DNA of 49,061 nucleotides. Source: Intoshia linei. Lineage: Eukaryota; Animalia; Orthonectida. Each line of letters starts with the position of its first letter. Position 1 is the first letter of the stretch. The notes beneath the pieces were generated by a model that ran no database searches, had not been told where the DNA came from, and saw only the letters and a list, made by a program, of their open reading frames with translations. This document shows, piece after piece, positions 1 to 13,514 of this stretch. The stretch is taken from assembly GCA_001642005.1 (NCBI GenBank), contig LWCA01000130.1, forward strand, positions 1 to 49,061. Direction: 5' to 3'. Position numbers and translations under genes: made by a program.

Positions 1-353
1 TTCAACTGTCCAAAAGTATAATTTATAAAAGCTTTGAATGATTTCAAATTAGTTTTTCAAGCTTGTTTTGGCACTGTCTTAGCAATAGATTAAAAAATTG
101 AAAATTTTCGAAAGAGCTACCTGAACTTAAACATAAGAATCACACCAAAACTACATTCTGTATTTTTTCACATAGCAGATTTCTGTGACCAAAAGAATTC
201 AAGTCTTAGCTATTGGTCTGAACAAGCATCAGAGGCAGTACATGCAAATTTCAAAAAACGTGGAATAAATACTCAGTTTCTCAAGTTAATGTGGATAAAT
301 ATGGTCAGCAGCTCCTAAAATCAGTACAAGACTATGCTAGCAAGCATATCTAA
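1..353 (+). pseudogene. Degenerate C-terminal fragment of a CMC-type (Chapaev/Transib-like) DDE transposase
   Basis: Manual translation with a stop and a frameshift: FIKALNDFKLVFQACFG...ITPKLHSVFFHIADFCDQKNSSLSYWSEQASEAVH...YGQQLLKSVQDYASKHI*. The HxxxxH...SEQxxExxH pattern resembles the catalytic-E region of CMC/Transib transposases. A possible CAC-type terminus (reverse of ...caggttgtg) lies near 707. Confidence 0.6.
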
Positions 354-835
354 TAATTTTCTTCTACTAACAATAAATTTTTTAATTTTTTGCTCAATAT
401 TCACTGATACTGAGACTATATATATTAGTATATTATTATATACTATATTATACATATATGCCATTTCAAATAACTTTTACAAGATGTTTGAAGTCTTTCA
501 AAATTAAAAAAATTTGAATTCAAAAGTTTTAAGACATTGAAATCTCCATCTATTTAAATTTTTGGAGAAAAATATACATTTTTGACCTTTACTCAAAAAC
601 GGTACTAAGAATTTTTAAAATACTCCTGAAAGTGTGCCAAATGAGAAAGTGTTGAAATTTTTGATGAGTAATTTTTTTAAACTAAATTTTAGTTCAGACA
701 GGTTGTGGGTAATTATTTAAATACAGCGTAACACACAAACAAAAATCGCGTAGCATATTATATAAGTTAGGATGTAATTAAAAATTTCAGTATTATTCAA
801 ACTGGAAAAATACTGTTGTCTTATACTGTCTATAG

Positions 836-1941
836 CAGGGGTGCACAACGTGCGGCCGTGAGACCGTTTATGTGCGGCCGTGGGCAATACATCTGATTAT
901 TTTACATTACATCATTTTACTTCAAATTGAAAAGTTAAAATGAGATTTTATTCAAGGTCTATTTAAAATATTTTAATCAAAAAGTTACATTCTTGACTTT
1001 GCCCCAGTTTCTTAAATGTTAGCGAATGGCAGACAAAATCAAGGCAGTCACTGATATTTTTTTTATGTCATTATTACTATTTACATATTTTTTATGTTTT
1101 CCACTCTAATGTATCAACAAATCGGTTTCAATGGAACTTTTTTATGTTGTCCAATTATTATTATTATTAATTATTTACCGAAAAATTAATGATTAATGAT
1201 TTTTCAAATTTTTTTAAAATCAGGTTTTTTTTTATGGAATCAAAAGAATTATTGATCTAAAAATTTATTAAAATGGGATTTTTCATAAAAATATTGGTAA
1301 AAGCGATTTTTTTCCTTAAGGGTTGGTAAAATTTGATTTTTTTTTTTTGGAATTAGATAGGGTAGTTTTTATTCTAAAACTTTGGTAAAAATAAATTTTT
1401 AAAAAAAAATATTGGTAAAAAGGGATTTCTTCCTTAAGGGTTGGTAAAATTTTGGTTTTTTCTCATAAGACTATTAAATTGGATGATTTTATGAACTTGT
1501 TAATTAAAAAATAATTAAAATTAATTAAAATTAAATTAAAATATGTTGAAAATTGTAGATTAGACTACAATCATCTAAATTTTCGTATTCACCCATTGGG
1601 GTTACCAGTCATCCCTATGAGAAGCATGCATTAATCCTACTACATTAATACTACTACTATTACTGTATTGCTATTTATTCCGATTCAGATAAATGACAAA
1701 TGTGGTGTTAATTTATATGAGTAAATTAAGGATTAATTTTAATTGAAAATTATTAAGAAACTTGCTGATACAATAATGTATTAAAATTTAAAGAAAACTA
1801 TTTTATTAGACCTATAATTTAGGTCCAGACTCTGAATTCCAGAGTAAACTTTCTCAATGTCAAAGTAAATTTTGTGAGGCCAAGGCACCAATGAGAAAAG
1901 TAGTATTGTGACTGAATTGGTGGAAAGGTTGTGCACCTCTG
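836..1941. mobile_element. Non-autonomous hAT element (1.1 kb)
   Basis: TIRs caggggtgcacaac / gttgtgcacctctg. Perfect 8-bp TSD gtctatag at 828-835 and 1942-1949. Internal repeats include gtgcggccgtg x2 and a duplicated ~45-nt block at about 1290 and 1410. Confidence 0.9.
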
Positions 1942-3583
1942 GTCTATAGTCTAAATAACTAAATTATACTAAGCTTTAGTTACTAAAGCTGAGTCTAAAT
2001 CTCACTCTCCAAATCTTAAATTAAGAAAATAATAAATGCGTTTAACAGATTTTATTAAACTAAGCTTTAGTTACCAAAGTTGCTCTATAGACAATTAATC
2101 TTCATAAATATAATTTTCACATTGCCTGCTGCACGCAAATTGACTAGATTTCCAATTTATATTATACACTGATATATGGTTTCTATATTAACGCCGTAAT
2201 AGAAAGTAATTATTCTCGCATGGCAATGCGTAGAAAGTAAATTGATGTTCTCATATGAACCAATGAAAATGAAGAATTCTTCTCACTAAACTGTAAAATT
2301 AGTTTATTTCGAAAAATGGTTTTAAAATTTTAATTTATATTTTAAATTAATGGTGAGTTATAGAGGGAATACTGAACAATAAAAATGAAATACATTTTGC
2401 ACATTTTACAAATTATAAATTGACCACGACTAAAAAAGGATTGTTTGTATATACAAATGTAAATAATAAACGTTTTGAAAAATATATAAATCTTGCTTTT
2501 GTATAATTGAAAATTATTTATTATTATGAATTTATATCAATAATTATTTTCGTATTTCTATTTATTATAATAAATTATAGTATAAATTAAATTAAATAAT
2601 ATATAACATTTATTTTTATACATATTAATATTTATTTATACAACGTTTATACTCTAAGAATAATCATCAATCGAGGAATTTTTAAATTTTAAATTAACTT
2701 AGTGCATTATTGTAATATTAAAATTTGAAAAGTTGTTTTTTGTAGATTCTCACATAAAAACAAACAATATGTGAATGTTAGAAGAAATATCATACAATGT
2801 AGTAGAAAATATTTATTTTTTATCGATTCAAAAAGTATATTTTGAATTTATAATTTTTTTTGTGTATGATTATCAATTTTTGAATTTTAAATCTTAATTT
2901 CTACGGGGAAAAAATAATTTTTTTTTTTGAAATTACTGGGACTGTTAGTTTTCTCAATGAATTGATTACACTCAAAGACATTCAAATATTTTCAACTTTT
3001 AATATATTCATAAGTAAACATAAATCATTTAGTTTACATTTTTCTATTTATTAATGATGAAATAAAGCAGCTGAGAAAAAAAAGAGTAGCCTGGTCAGAT
3101 TAAAATGGTAGGACTTGTTACACATTTAAAAATTTTTTGAGTTCCTCTATTCATTGTATAATCCAGCGGTTGCCAAATTTTTTTTTAACGTTACTCTGCT
3201 AGAGTCAAATTTTAAAATAAACTAATTTTCCGTATGTTACCTGAGGTTTAAAAATGAGTAGTGCTCATAGAACACATATTATTAAAAAAATTACAACTAT
3301 AATTAGTTATTAAAAGTAAAAGTCCCTAAAAAATATTAATAATATAATAAAATAACAAATTTAGTCCAGCGTCCCATAAGTTAAAAATTTTTCTACCGCC
3401 CACGTTAGGAATCACTGACATACACTGTGAGAATAATAATAAAATTATAATTTCAAAGAAATGTAATTCTATTTTAAACGATATTGCAGTTATTGTTTAA
3501 AGATGGATAATGTCAATTTAATTTTGTGAATACAAGGAATTACAAATATCTATTTAATTTTATTTAAAAATGTAATGTACATA

Positions 3584-6500
3584 TTATGCAAACATGTTTT
3601 CGTTGTCTACAGGTAATACAGCATCCTCAGAGGTTCCAAAATTTAAAAAGTGAGCAGGTCTGTGTACTTCATGATAAAAATTTTTAGGTGTACCAAGTAC
3701 GACATCATAGTGCATATTTACGTCGTGGCGAACTCCTATTTACAACATAAATATAATAGTTCATAATACATTACCCATAAAATTGTAATTCCAGGATACA
3801 TGAGTAGGTATCATGAAAAATCCCAAGAATCTATCACTAAGCAACATTTGGACACGTTCATAGTGAGTAGTCATGTAACCACGTGGATTAGCTCCTTTTT
3901 CAGTATTTGACCGACCCCATTCAAAACCACCAGGTGTAAGTTTGTAGGCAGCAAGAGAACACGACCCAGGCGTAAAACTAGAAACAATTATATACATATT
4001 AAAAACGTATACCTGCATGTCATAATAACTGACTTATCACCGTCCCATGATGGGTTATCTCGCATTATTTTAGCATGCATGGTTATGTCCTGAGGAGAAA
4101 GCTGCGGCAATTCATTCGGCTGAGTGTGAATCCAACCCAACGGTTCATAATCCTATATAAAGTTAAAAATATCCAAATAAATCAAAACCTCTAAATAAGT
4201 ATGCTTTGGTAATTGGTTGGGAACATAAACATTCTGGTGAGTTCCGATCTGAGGAACCATAACAATACATTTAATTTCTTTAACTGATTTATTATCCGGA
4301 GGACTAATTCCATACAAGTACCCACAAATCTGAACACGTAAATCTGAAATTACGATAAATTTTTTCAACAAATTTTTTGGCAATACATATGTATAACTTG
4401 TTTCCTTTAAATCTTCACTACTAACATAAATATGGTTGACTCTGAGATGCAAATTAGTTGAAGAAATTGCTCTAACTCTCCATTCGGTGCGCGAAGAAAA
4501 TATTTGAGCTTCATAATTACTAGTGGTTGTGGAAATAATAGAATCACCATGTTTATTCACGGTTTGCGTAGTAATGGCAGTTATTTGAGATTGCTCCGAA
4601 GATTGCTTTTCTATTTCTGCAATTTTTTGTCGGTCCTGGGAGGGTGCAGTGATTTCCATACCAAGTATAATGTCACGAATTTCCGATTGGGTTAGAGATG
4701 CCACATTAACATTATTTTTTTTACCATAATCAGCCAAAATTAAATCTTTTAATTGAACTTCAATTTTGACCCACTGTTCATCTGTCAAAGAAGGCCAAAC
4801 ATGGTGAGGTTCAACAGTAGTCAGTTTGTCTGGTCTCAATATCAACTTAGCTCTGTCATTATTTACATGCAACGCTCTTAATATGAGAATTAACCTGGAA
4901 AAAGCAGTATAAGAGGAAATAGATTTCAACCAATCATCATAAAGGTTGAATAGTACCATTTGAGGTTCTGTAGCTTTCAAAATTAAATCACCAAATTTTT
5001 CAACTTTCATGCATGCTTGGAAAGGAAGTTGCAATTCACTTCCTTTGATAACAATGTTTGGAAAATCGAGTAAGTGAACTTCTAACGGGTCTAACATACC
5101 TCTACGAGTGACAACAACTTGTTTAGGTTGTTCTTCTACAGGGAGTGATCTAATCAAAGCGGCAACTTCTTCTGCAGTTTTCCATTTGGCAAGTTGACTT
5201 AAACGTTTTTGTCCGGCCCATACAGATGTATGTATAATTTTTAAAAATAGTTGACCTGTCCTAGGATTAAAAATGAATATTGCGCCATTAATTGGTTTTG
5301 TTGTCAAATTACCTTCAAAAGTTTTATGGATTGTGACTCTATAGACATTTGTATCATCCACAAACCAAATTATTTGATTTGAGAAAAGTTCTCCGTAATT
5401 TTGGGATGATAAATAAGGCTCAGTCGGTTCTGATGAATATAATTGCAAACCTTTTCTAATTCTTTCTCTGAGTACATACAACGCCGGATTGGCTTTCATT
5501 ATTTTTGCCATAGCTTGCTGGATAAGAGGCTTTGTTCCGGGTATCCAATTTCCATAAGCACTGTGTAAATTGTAAGCCATGTCAACAGCAATCAATGCAC
5601 CATAAGGTGAAGGGTAGATACTCATATTATCAGTAGTATAATCCAAAAATTTAGCACGTGCATATCTCTCCACATCATGCGAATCAAAATCTCCCCACCT
5701 AAGCTGAACATCAATCCAATATTTTTGAGTGGTAGAGTTATCCATCGTATCTTTAGTGTCAAATAACAATGAAGGTCTAGAAACATTCCATTTATAAGAG
5801 GAAATTAACAAAATATCAGCACATGAGCTATTCATTTTATAAGATTTTCGAGGGTGTATAGTTTCTTTCTGTACTGTTTCTATACTAAGAGCATCTAATT
5901 CTTGGTCCAATACTTGACACAAATCCATAACTATACTTTCGTGTACTTTTTGCCATAAATGTGCACGGAAAATCTGAATTAAAGAAATTTTCAGAGTAGG
6001 AATTTTACCATGCATGAATATACCAGTTAGGTCAAGTTGTACTTGAAAACCAACATAAACATTTGCGCGATTAATTGTAGGAGACCACCATAGTGTAAAA
6101 CGTCGATTTGGTATTTGATTTAATCCAGCCCTTTGTGCATTTGTAAGTTTTTTAAATTTCATAGATTCTTCAAAGCCACTTGCTTTTTCCCAAAACAAGC
6201 CCTCCCATGTTGGAAAGTATGTTCCCTTAAACAAAGTATGCTCTAATATTCCTTCTACGCCACCAAGTGCTTGTATCATATCGGTTCGGTAATTATTTAA
6301 ATTCCACAATTTTCCGTCGTGTCGTTGGTGAGTCCACCAGAATGGATTTTGTCGTAAAACTTGATATTGTTTAAAATCTGTACGTACACGCCAACCCTTA
6401 TCATATGCCAAAGTATGTCTATCAACTTGAAACAAAGTGTTTATTCTTGGAATGCCTCTATCCCAACTGTCTTCCAAGTCTTCTAAAGTGAGACGTCTAT

Positions 6501-9500
6501 TCTGTGCATTCGCTTCTTGACGTTTCAAAGCATATTCGGCCCAAACACGCTGAGAATCAATAAACTCACTTTCCCAGGGCATGATATATCTGTACAAATT
6601 AGGAATTAATTGATCTTCATCGTGAGTCATACCTGATCTAAAATGGGTTATTCCAGTATCGGTTTGTTTAGACCACCTTAGATCCGAAGTAGGTATCAAT
6701 ACGTGACCCATACTCAACATACCAAGACCACCTAGTTCTTTAGGTGTATAAAATACAACGGGTGGAAATCTACTAGGCATTTTAGAATTGAGACCAATTT
6801 TTATTCTAGTTTGAATTTTATTTTCACATTTAACCAATAAATCTAATAATTCTTGAGTGTTTACTACAGCCTCTCTGAAATAAGTCATTAGTCCAATAAG
6901 AGAGGTATTCCATTTGTTCACAATTTTTGTAAAAGTAGTAGACCCTGATGCCATCAAAATTTGTCTTACTCTGTTATGAAATCTTTGAAGTGATTCATCA
7001 TCAACTCGCAAAAAGCATTGAGCTGTACGTTCCTTTGTTACTTCATTTTGTAAATTCCATACACCGTCCCTATGAGCAAATTCCTCATACGTCATTCTAC
7101 ATTTTGGTAATATGCGACATTCAAAGCCAGACATATTGAACAGTAAATTCGGATTGTCTTTACTATAAATTGAAACAAAATTAGAATTCCAGTTTATCGT
7201 TGTAATTGAACGTGGCAATCGGTTTTTCATATCCCAAAACACTGCTCGCCCCAAATTTACATCATGCTTCATAAGTCGCATACGAGCGTCCCGTGGCCAA
7301 CATTTCTTATTATTGTATCCAACAATATTTTCATTGTTGGGATCGGGGTGTTCAGTTAAATAGCGTTGTATCAAATCCTTAGCTTCATCTGCAGTAAATT
7401 TAAAAAGTATATGTAGTCGGTCAATATATCTGGAATAAAGACGTACGGGATGGACTTGTTCGGTTTCGATATCCTTATAAGTAAGAAAATCATTGGGCAT
7501 TTGAGGAGGACCTGCCATTTGTGAAGCACGTTGTAATCCGAGTAAAAGTAAATCTAGAACTAAACCATAATACTGAACTATAAAAGACGCGTACTGTAGA
7601 CCTCTAATTATTCCATAAGAATTAGTGTGATTCATATCCTTATAATTTATAACTATGTTATTCTTGGCAGTCATATAATCAGCTATATTGTGATCGACAA
7701 TAAGTCGCAACAATCTATTTAGAAGAGTTAAGTCAATTTTTTCCGTTACTTTTTCAAATTTTGTGTCCATCATGACAACACATTCACCATCATTAGTTTC
7801 CCAAATTTCTTGTAAATTATTAATACCCTGACACCATTTGTACACAAGCAATGGTGGAGGTTCTGAATCGGACGGTTTTATCCACGGAGGAAACAACCTT
7901 CTTTTATCAGCTTCGTACCATAAATACTGATCCAAATATGCATCAGTGATTTTTTCAAGAGGTTCTACTTCATAAATGGGTAAAAGATGGCTGTACAAAT
8001 CCATAAACTCGACGCCTATTTCTTTAAAAGCTCTCTGAGTAAGCAAATGTCGTTTGATTCTGGATAGTGCTTCATGAGGGTTGTCATATGCCTGTTCAAT
8101 TAAACCCAATTCTTCACGTTGAGCCTGATTTAATCTATTCTTAACACTATATGCTTCTTTTAACCTTTCCAAACACAAAATAAGTAACTTTGTGTCATGT
8201 TTATACGAAAGCGGAGGAAAAGGTATCGGAGAAAATCTACGACTTTCTAACCAATGCACAGTTGTAGTATATATTGCAACAGCTTCTTCTGCAGATATGT
8301 AGGGACCATCTTTTAAATAGTTGTGTTGTCTCTCTTGCTCTGCCTTTAGATATAATCTGGTGAGTCGTCCTAAATTTTTTTTACACACCGTTTTATCTAC
8401 CGTAGCTCCTCTTCGAATTCGTTCTCTGTTATAATGTGCTGTATTTGTCCACCAATCTGCTTTAGCTTTGACATATCTCAAAATAATATTTTCAATAGGA
8501 ATGGGTAGCCCAGGCACCTTCCAAGGTATATTAGCTTTCCAGCAACGCCAAGCTTCACTCAAATGCTGCAATATCGTTCTAGCTTTATTATGCTTGATAC
8601 CTTCTGGCATCATGTCCAGTATATCGTGCATTACTGCGGCTCTTAATTCTAAATCATAGTGACTTTCTACTCTTTGTTTCGTCACAGTTTTAGCAACGCC
8701 TTTGGAATGACGACCCTCGAATTGTCTGGACAATAAATTTCCTAACCATCTTTCCAATAATGGAGTGATGCCTCTCATAAAAAACAACCAAACCCTCCAC
8801 ATCGGTGCCCAAAATCCTACACCTGGTCCTTTACCAACGCTACCGGTATTAAATCTATAGTATATGACATGCTTCAAATCTTTGCACATCCTAATTTGTT
8901 TCATGAGTTTGTATTTATATCTGTACATCCCAGTTAATTGACCGACGTGAGAGAATATGTATTGAATACCATCAGCCAGCTGAAAAGCATCAACGTTACC
9001 TAACCTATACTGTACTTGGCTGTCCACAAGAAGTTTAGTCAAACGTAATATTTCACGACATAAGTGGAAAGCATTCCCAAACCTAGACTTTTTTCGTTCC
9101 TTAGTGGTCAAAGTTTTAACTGGCTTAAGGTTAAAATTGTAATCAAGATGAAGATAATTTAAATTTTTTCTATGAATAAGTAAATTCAACATATTATAGC
9201 CTTGACGACATACTTGTAAACCAGCTTCGACCCAGTCAATTTGAGTTGTTTGAAAAAATTTTGTAGATTTGAAGGATCTGAATAAGTATCTTCTTTTTTG
9301 AGATTTTGGTGGTCGTTTGTGCAAGCGATTTAGTACAAAATATTTCAAAAGTTTTTGATAGGATACACGGACTTTGACAGGCATACCTGAAGGACAATGT
9401 TCAGAGTACCAATTGTTTATCAATGGTATATCTATGGCTCTTCGAGTTCGATGAGATCGCATATTGAATGGTCTAGGTGCCCATAATAAAGCAATTCCAT

Positions 9501-12500
9501 TTGAAGTATTTTCGCTGTAGAGATTGTCATGCGACAAAAGTGTTCTAAAACCCTGAGGTAGAATAAATTCTTCATCGTCTTGCGATTCGAGAGCATCTAA
9601 TGTTCGAACGTTGTGGCGTTGGGTAATTGGATTTATCAAAGGGTCGAAATAAAATGCTGGCAAATCTGGATCTTCCGTTTTAATAAAAACAACATTTGGA
9701 GTGTGATATCTAAGAATATAAAATATATAATATACCAATCTTACTTTGATATTTGAACTTGAAAGGGTATACTATTATACAAATAGGGAAAAGCGATTCT
9801 ATATTCTGTTCTGATTGGTTGTCTAATAATTATTTTGTTTATATCATTGAATTCATTCCAATCCTCATCTCTAAAATCAGATAAATAACAAAATTAGACT
9901 AAAAATACTCCATGTTTTTCGATTTAACCAACGGTTCAAATTTTGGTCCACCAGGGATGGCCATGTTGAGAGCTTTGGCAGTAAAGAATGACTTTAAATC
10001 GAAGAGATAAAAGTAGTTGTCGTCTACCAAGTCTGTAAGGAGTTGATTTGAAAGTCGGTAAAGTGTTGAAATTTGATTTAAGGAAAGAAACCATTTTCGG
10101 TAAGAAGTTCCGTTTACATGTCTAAATATAAATAGTAATTTAGTGCACCATAAGTTATAGTTTAAATTATTTAAATTAACATATACACTGTGTAATGATA
10201 ACAATTACAACTGAATAAGGATTCTTAACCTTTTTTTACGAGCGTCTCCATTTTAAAATTAAAAAATTATTTACGACCCCACTATATTTTATTACTGACT
10301 ATATATAATTCAAATTTATTGAGTGCTGAAAAGATAAAAATCTAAATACAGGTAACCCGAGATTAGTGCAGTTAATCAATAGTAAATTAAAACCGCACTA
10401 ATCGAAGGTTACCTGCATATTATACATTTTTCAATGTCATTTTGATGTTTTTGGTGGAAATAGTTCAAAATTAGTATTTATATTGTAGACAATGGTTCTC
10501 AACGGTGAGCTAAGTGCCTCCCAGAGGAGAAATTATTTTAATTTAATTGTGTAGTGTGCAAAATATTTAACTTTAAAATAGGATTAGTGACTGTCATATA
10601 GATAATTTACAGATATGCACAAAATTATGACATAATGTATAAGTTAAAATTTAGTCATGAATGAACTGATTGGGGAGGAATTATAAAAAAGGTTGAGAAT
10701 CACTGTTGTAGACACTGCAATGGGGACTTGTTGATATAATAATAAATAATTGAATAAAATCACTTGATTTTAAAAATCTATTCGGTGAATCCAAAATGAA
10801 TCGTTTAATTTATTAACAAAATAGCATTAATTTATTTTATTTTATTAGTTATGATTTTTGCAAATTGAAAATTAAATTGGAGAATGATTTAAATCATTTA
10901 TCAATGAAAAATAAATTTCTTTTAATTAGGCTTGTATACACAAATACATGGAATATAACGAAATAAGTATATCTATGCAATATACTACGTACAATATAGC
11001 ACAAAATTCGAAAAAAACCAATGCGTATATTGGTGTCAATGATTATTAGAAATTTGAGATAAAACGTTGCAATTAGTAAGTCTGGTAAATTAACCTAATT
11101 TGCATTAAAGCAGATTTTACTAGATAAAACAAAAATAAAGCTACAATATAAAAGCAAACATTACAATTTTTACAAGATAATCAATAGTCATATGTTTACA
11201 CATAGAAAGATGATCATTACTAATGAAACTAAAATTTAACAAAGTAGTATAACAAAAAATAATTCACTCACATTAGAAATATGGGAATAAAAAGAGAACT
11301 GTTCGTAAAAAAACTAGACGAACATTTTCATTGTGGTATTTGCTTAGATGTATTCGAAAAAACCACCATATGTTGTTGTGGTCACAGCTTTTGTCAAGAA
11401 TGCATTTATAAGTGGGCCACAAAAACCGACAAAAAAGAGTACAAACTGAAAATAACGTGCCCTACGTGTAGACAATCCATATCACGTGATTTCTACCCAG
11501 TGTTAACCGTGGATAGTATAATAAATAGTCAAAATGTTCATTGTCAATATCAAAAGTTAGGATGTAAATCTATATTCAAACACTACGATTGGGACAAGCA
11601 CAATTGTACTTACACAGCTAAAAAAAATCAATTGTGTCGTAAATCTCTAAGAAAAGATTTGGACATAATAGAATCATGTATTGAACGATTGGAGGAAAAC
11701 ATTGTACTCATACGAGAGCAAATAAAAAAGACAACAGATCTTATCAAACTAAACGGAAATCAGTTACTAGTATTCAAAACACAAGTAGAACTGTCTGACA
11801 GTTAAGCAAAATAAAAAATACTTTGAATCCAATAGTGGTTTATGATGATAAAACCATTTAAAAACAGATTTATCCTCATTTTCATCCAAAGGAATTTGAA
11901 TCGCTTCTAACGGTTCAGCATCCAAAACATTATCTCCGTAATCAAGAGGTGGTTCTTCGTCATCAAAAGGTGGAAATCTCATCCTCTTAAAATGACGCCT
12001 ATCTCTTTTTTCACGTCTCATCATAATCCACATAGTTCTATAAAAATAAATTTTTAATTACAATGATTGTTACCCCCATTGTGCCAAATATACTGGTTCG
12101 ACGATCCAAGGAATTTCATTGACAAACGTTATAGCACCAGTGACATGATACAGTACGTTCACATCTCGGATTTGTTCCCATGGCATAGGCATATTCTCTA
12201 GTAATTTCATAATTGCATGTGGCATGTATTTCAGTGCACTAATTCATAATTTATAAAAATAGTATTTTTTTATACCCCAAGTAAACTCTTTTATCGTGTC
12301 TAAATTTTCGACTTGTCAAATCGCCATGATCCTTTATAATCTTTCTCACATGTTCAGGTGGCATATCTTCTTTCTGTATGTCTACATATCCAAATTTTCT
12401 TTTCTCGCTGTATTTTTGTGACTGCAATTGCTGCCATTTTTGCGCTGTATTAAAATTAGAAAAATTTATAAATTACAAACATTTTTCTTGAAGCTGAATA

Positions 12501-12517
12501 TCATTTAATTGTCTCAT
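3584..12517 (-). CDS. PRPF8: Pre-mRNA-processing-splicing factor 8 (U5 snRNP), about 2313 aa, 10 exons
   Basis: Near-identical Prp8 motifs (KWQQLQ...[56 protein letters not shown]). Exons 12517-12481, 12444-12276, 12238-12074, 12037-11822, 10121-9909, 9870-9745, 9709-4189, 4152-4013, 3977-3775, 3735-3584 sum to 6942 nt in frame. All introns are GT-AG, 35-39 nt except the 1700-nt intron 4. Confidence 0.98.
10349..10415. mobile_element. Minimal 67-bp Tigger/pogo-type MITE (almost pure TIR hairpin) in PRPF8 intron 4
   Basis: caggtaacccgagattagtgcagtt ... aaccgcactaatcgaaggttacctg: 25-bp inverted repeats with 4 mismatches, CAGG terminus and TA on the left flank. Confidence 0.7.
10490..10705. mobile_element. 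hAT (Charlie/MER5-like) MITE in PRPF8 intron 4
   Basis: Ends caatggttctcaac / ggttgagaatcactg. The 8-bp direct repeat ttgtagac occurs at both flanks (10483-10490 and 10706-10713). Confidence 0.75.
11281..11805 (+). CDS. Intronless C3HC4 RING + TRAF/Sina-type zinc finger + coiled-coil E3 ligase (RNF41/RNF151/PDZRN-like), nested antisense in PRPF8 intron 4
   Basis: 174-aa ORF with CGIC...CGHSFCQEC...CPTC RING, then VHC...GC...H.C zinc finger and a heptad-rich C-terminus. The N-terminus [18 protein letters not shown] resembles RNF41/RNF151-type starts. AATAAA at 11810-11815. Confidence 0.85.
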   Translation: MGIKRELFVKKLDEHFHCGICLDVFEKTTICCCGHSFCQECIYKWATKTDKKEYKLKITCPTCRQSISRDFYPVLTVDSIINSQNVHCQYQKLGCKSIFKHYDWDKHNCTYTAKKNQLCRKSLRKDLDIIESCIERLEENIVLIREQIKKTTDLIKLNGNQLLVFKTQVELSDS

Positions 12518-12657
12518 ATTATTTTAATACATGAACTGATGATTAAGTTTATATTTTCGAGTGATAAATTATAAATGTGTACTTTATTACTATGCATATT
12601 ATATGGTTACGCAAAAAAAATTTATTTAAATTGAAAATACGATACATGAAATGGACA

Positions 12658-13284
12658 TTATTTTGATTTAGGATCTCGCATCAGATTAGCAAATTCTAAA
12701 AATATTTGTAAAACTTGTAATAATATGTACCATCAAAACTAATTTTTCCGTCCCCATCCAAATCTGCTTGTTTTACCTATTTTTGGATATTAATGTTAAC
12801 ATTGTATTTACCATTTGATCTGCTTCTTCGTCTGTTATTTTGTCTCCTAATTTGTTCATTACGTATTTCAACTCTTTAGCGTTTAAATACCCGTCACCAT
12901 CTCGATCAAATAATAGAAAAGCATCTTTAATCTCTTTGTCTGAATCAGCCTGTTGCATAATTTTTGCAAGCATGTAGGTAAATTCTTCTATATCTATTTC
13001 GCCGTTACCTGTCTACGATTAGTTTAATAGGTGGTATAGTACCATCGACGTCGACCTCTGCAACCATTGTTATAAGTTCTTCTTCGCTTGGCTAAAATTA
13101 TATTTATTGTATTTTTTAGTTTTACTTTTTGTCCTAAAGCATGCATGACAATTCCTAATTCCTTTACAGTGATGGACCCGTCACCGTCTTTATCAAACAA
13201 TGCAAATGCTTCTCGTATTTCGGACAATTCTTCTTCACTAAAATCGTGCATTATTCTATTCATTTCTTCGATATCGACCGCCAT
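12658..13284 (-). CDS. Calmodulin-like four EF-hand protein (5 exons)
   Basis: The spliced product has four canonical EF loops ([48 protein letters not shown]) and ends [12 protein letters not shown]. It is too divergent for canonical calmodulin. Confidence 0.9.
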
Positions 13285-13514
13285 TTCAAAAAAAATAATT
13301 GCGTTAAATTGGATGTTGATTGTTCTTGTTTATAAATTGTTGCTCAACTTAAGATTTTATAAAAGTTATAGTTCGATTGGCCTATATATCAGTATTCAAA
13401 GAAAATGGTTCCACATTCAATTAATATTGATTGGTTTATTACAGATCAGACGTGTGTTGCGAATCCATAAAAAAAGCGCACTAAATTCAATCTTTACACG
13501 TAACATTCTTTTAT

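Noticed and set aside
1968-2085. Direct repeat actaagctttagttac x2
   Set aside because: A short local duplication next to a TE with no further structure.
3164-3417. Possible hAT MITE (cagcggttgccaaa ... ttaggaatcactg)
   Set aside because: The TIRs are degenerate and there is no matching TSD.
6150-6210. Prp8 intein
   Set aside because: The known fungal insertion site LFWEKA|SGFEES is contiguous, and the total length (~2313 aa) leaves no room for an intein.
4504-8659. Short plus-strand ORFs inside PRPF8 (4504, 6948, 8468)
   Set aside because: Antisense shadows of a conserved coding exon with no motifs.
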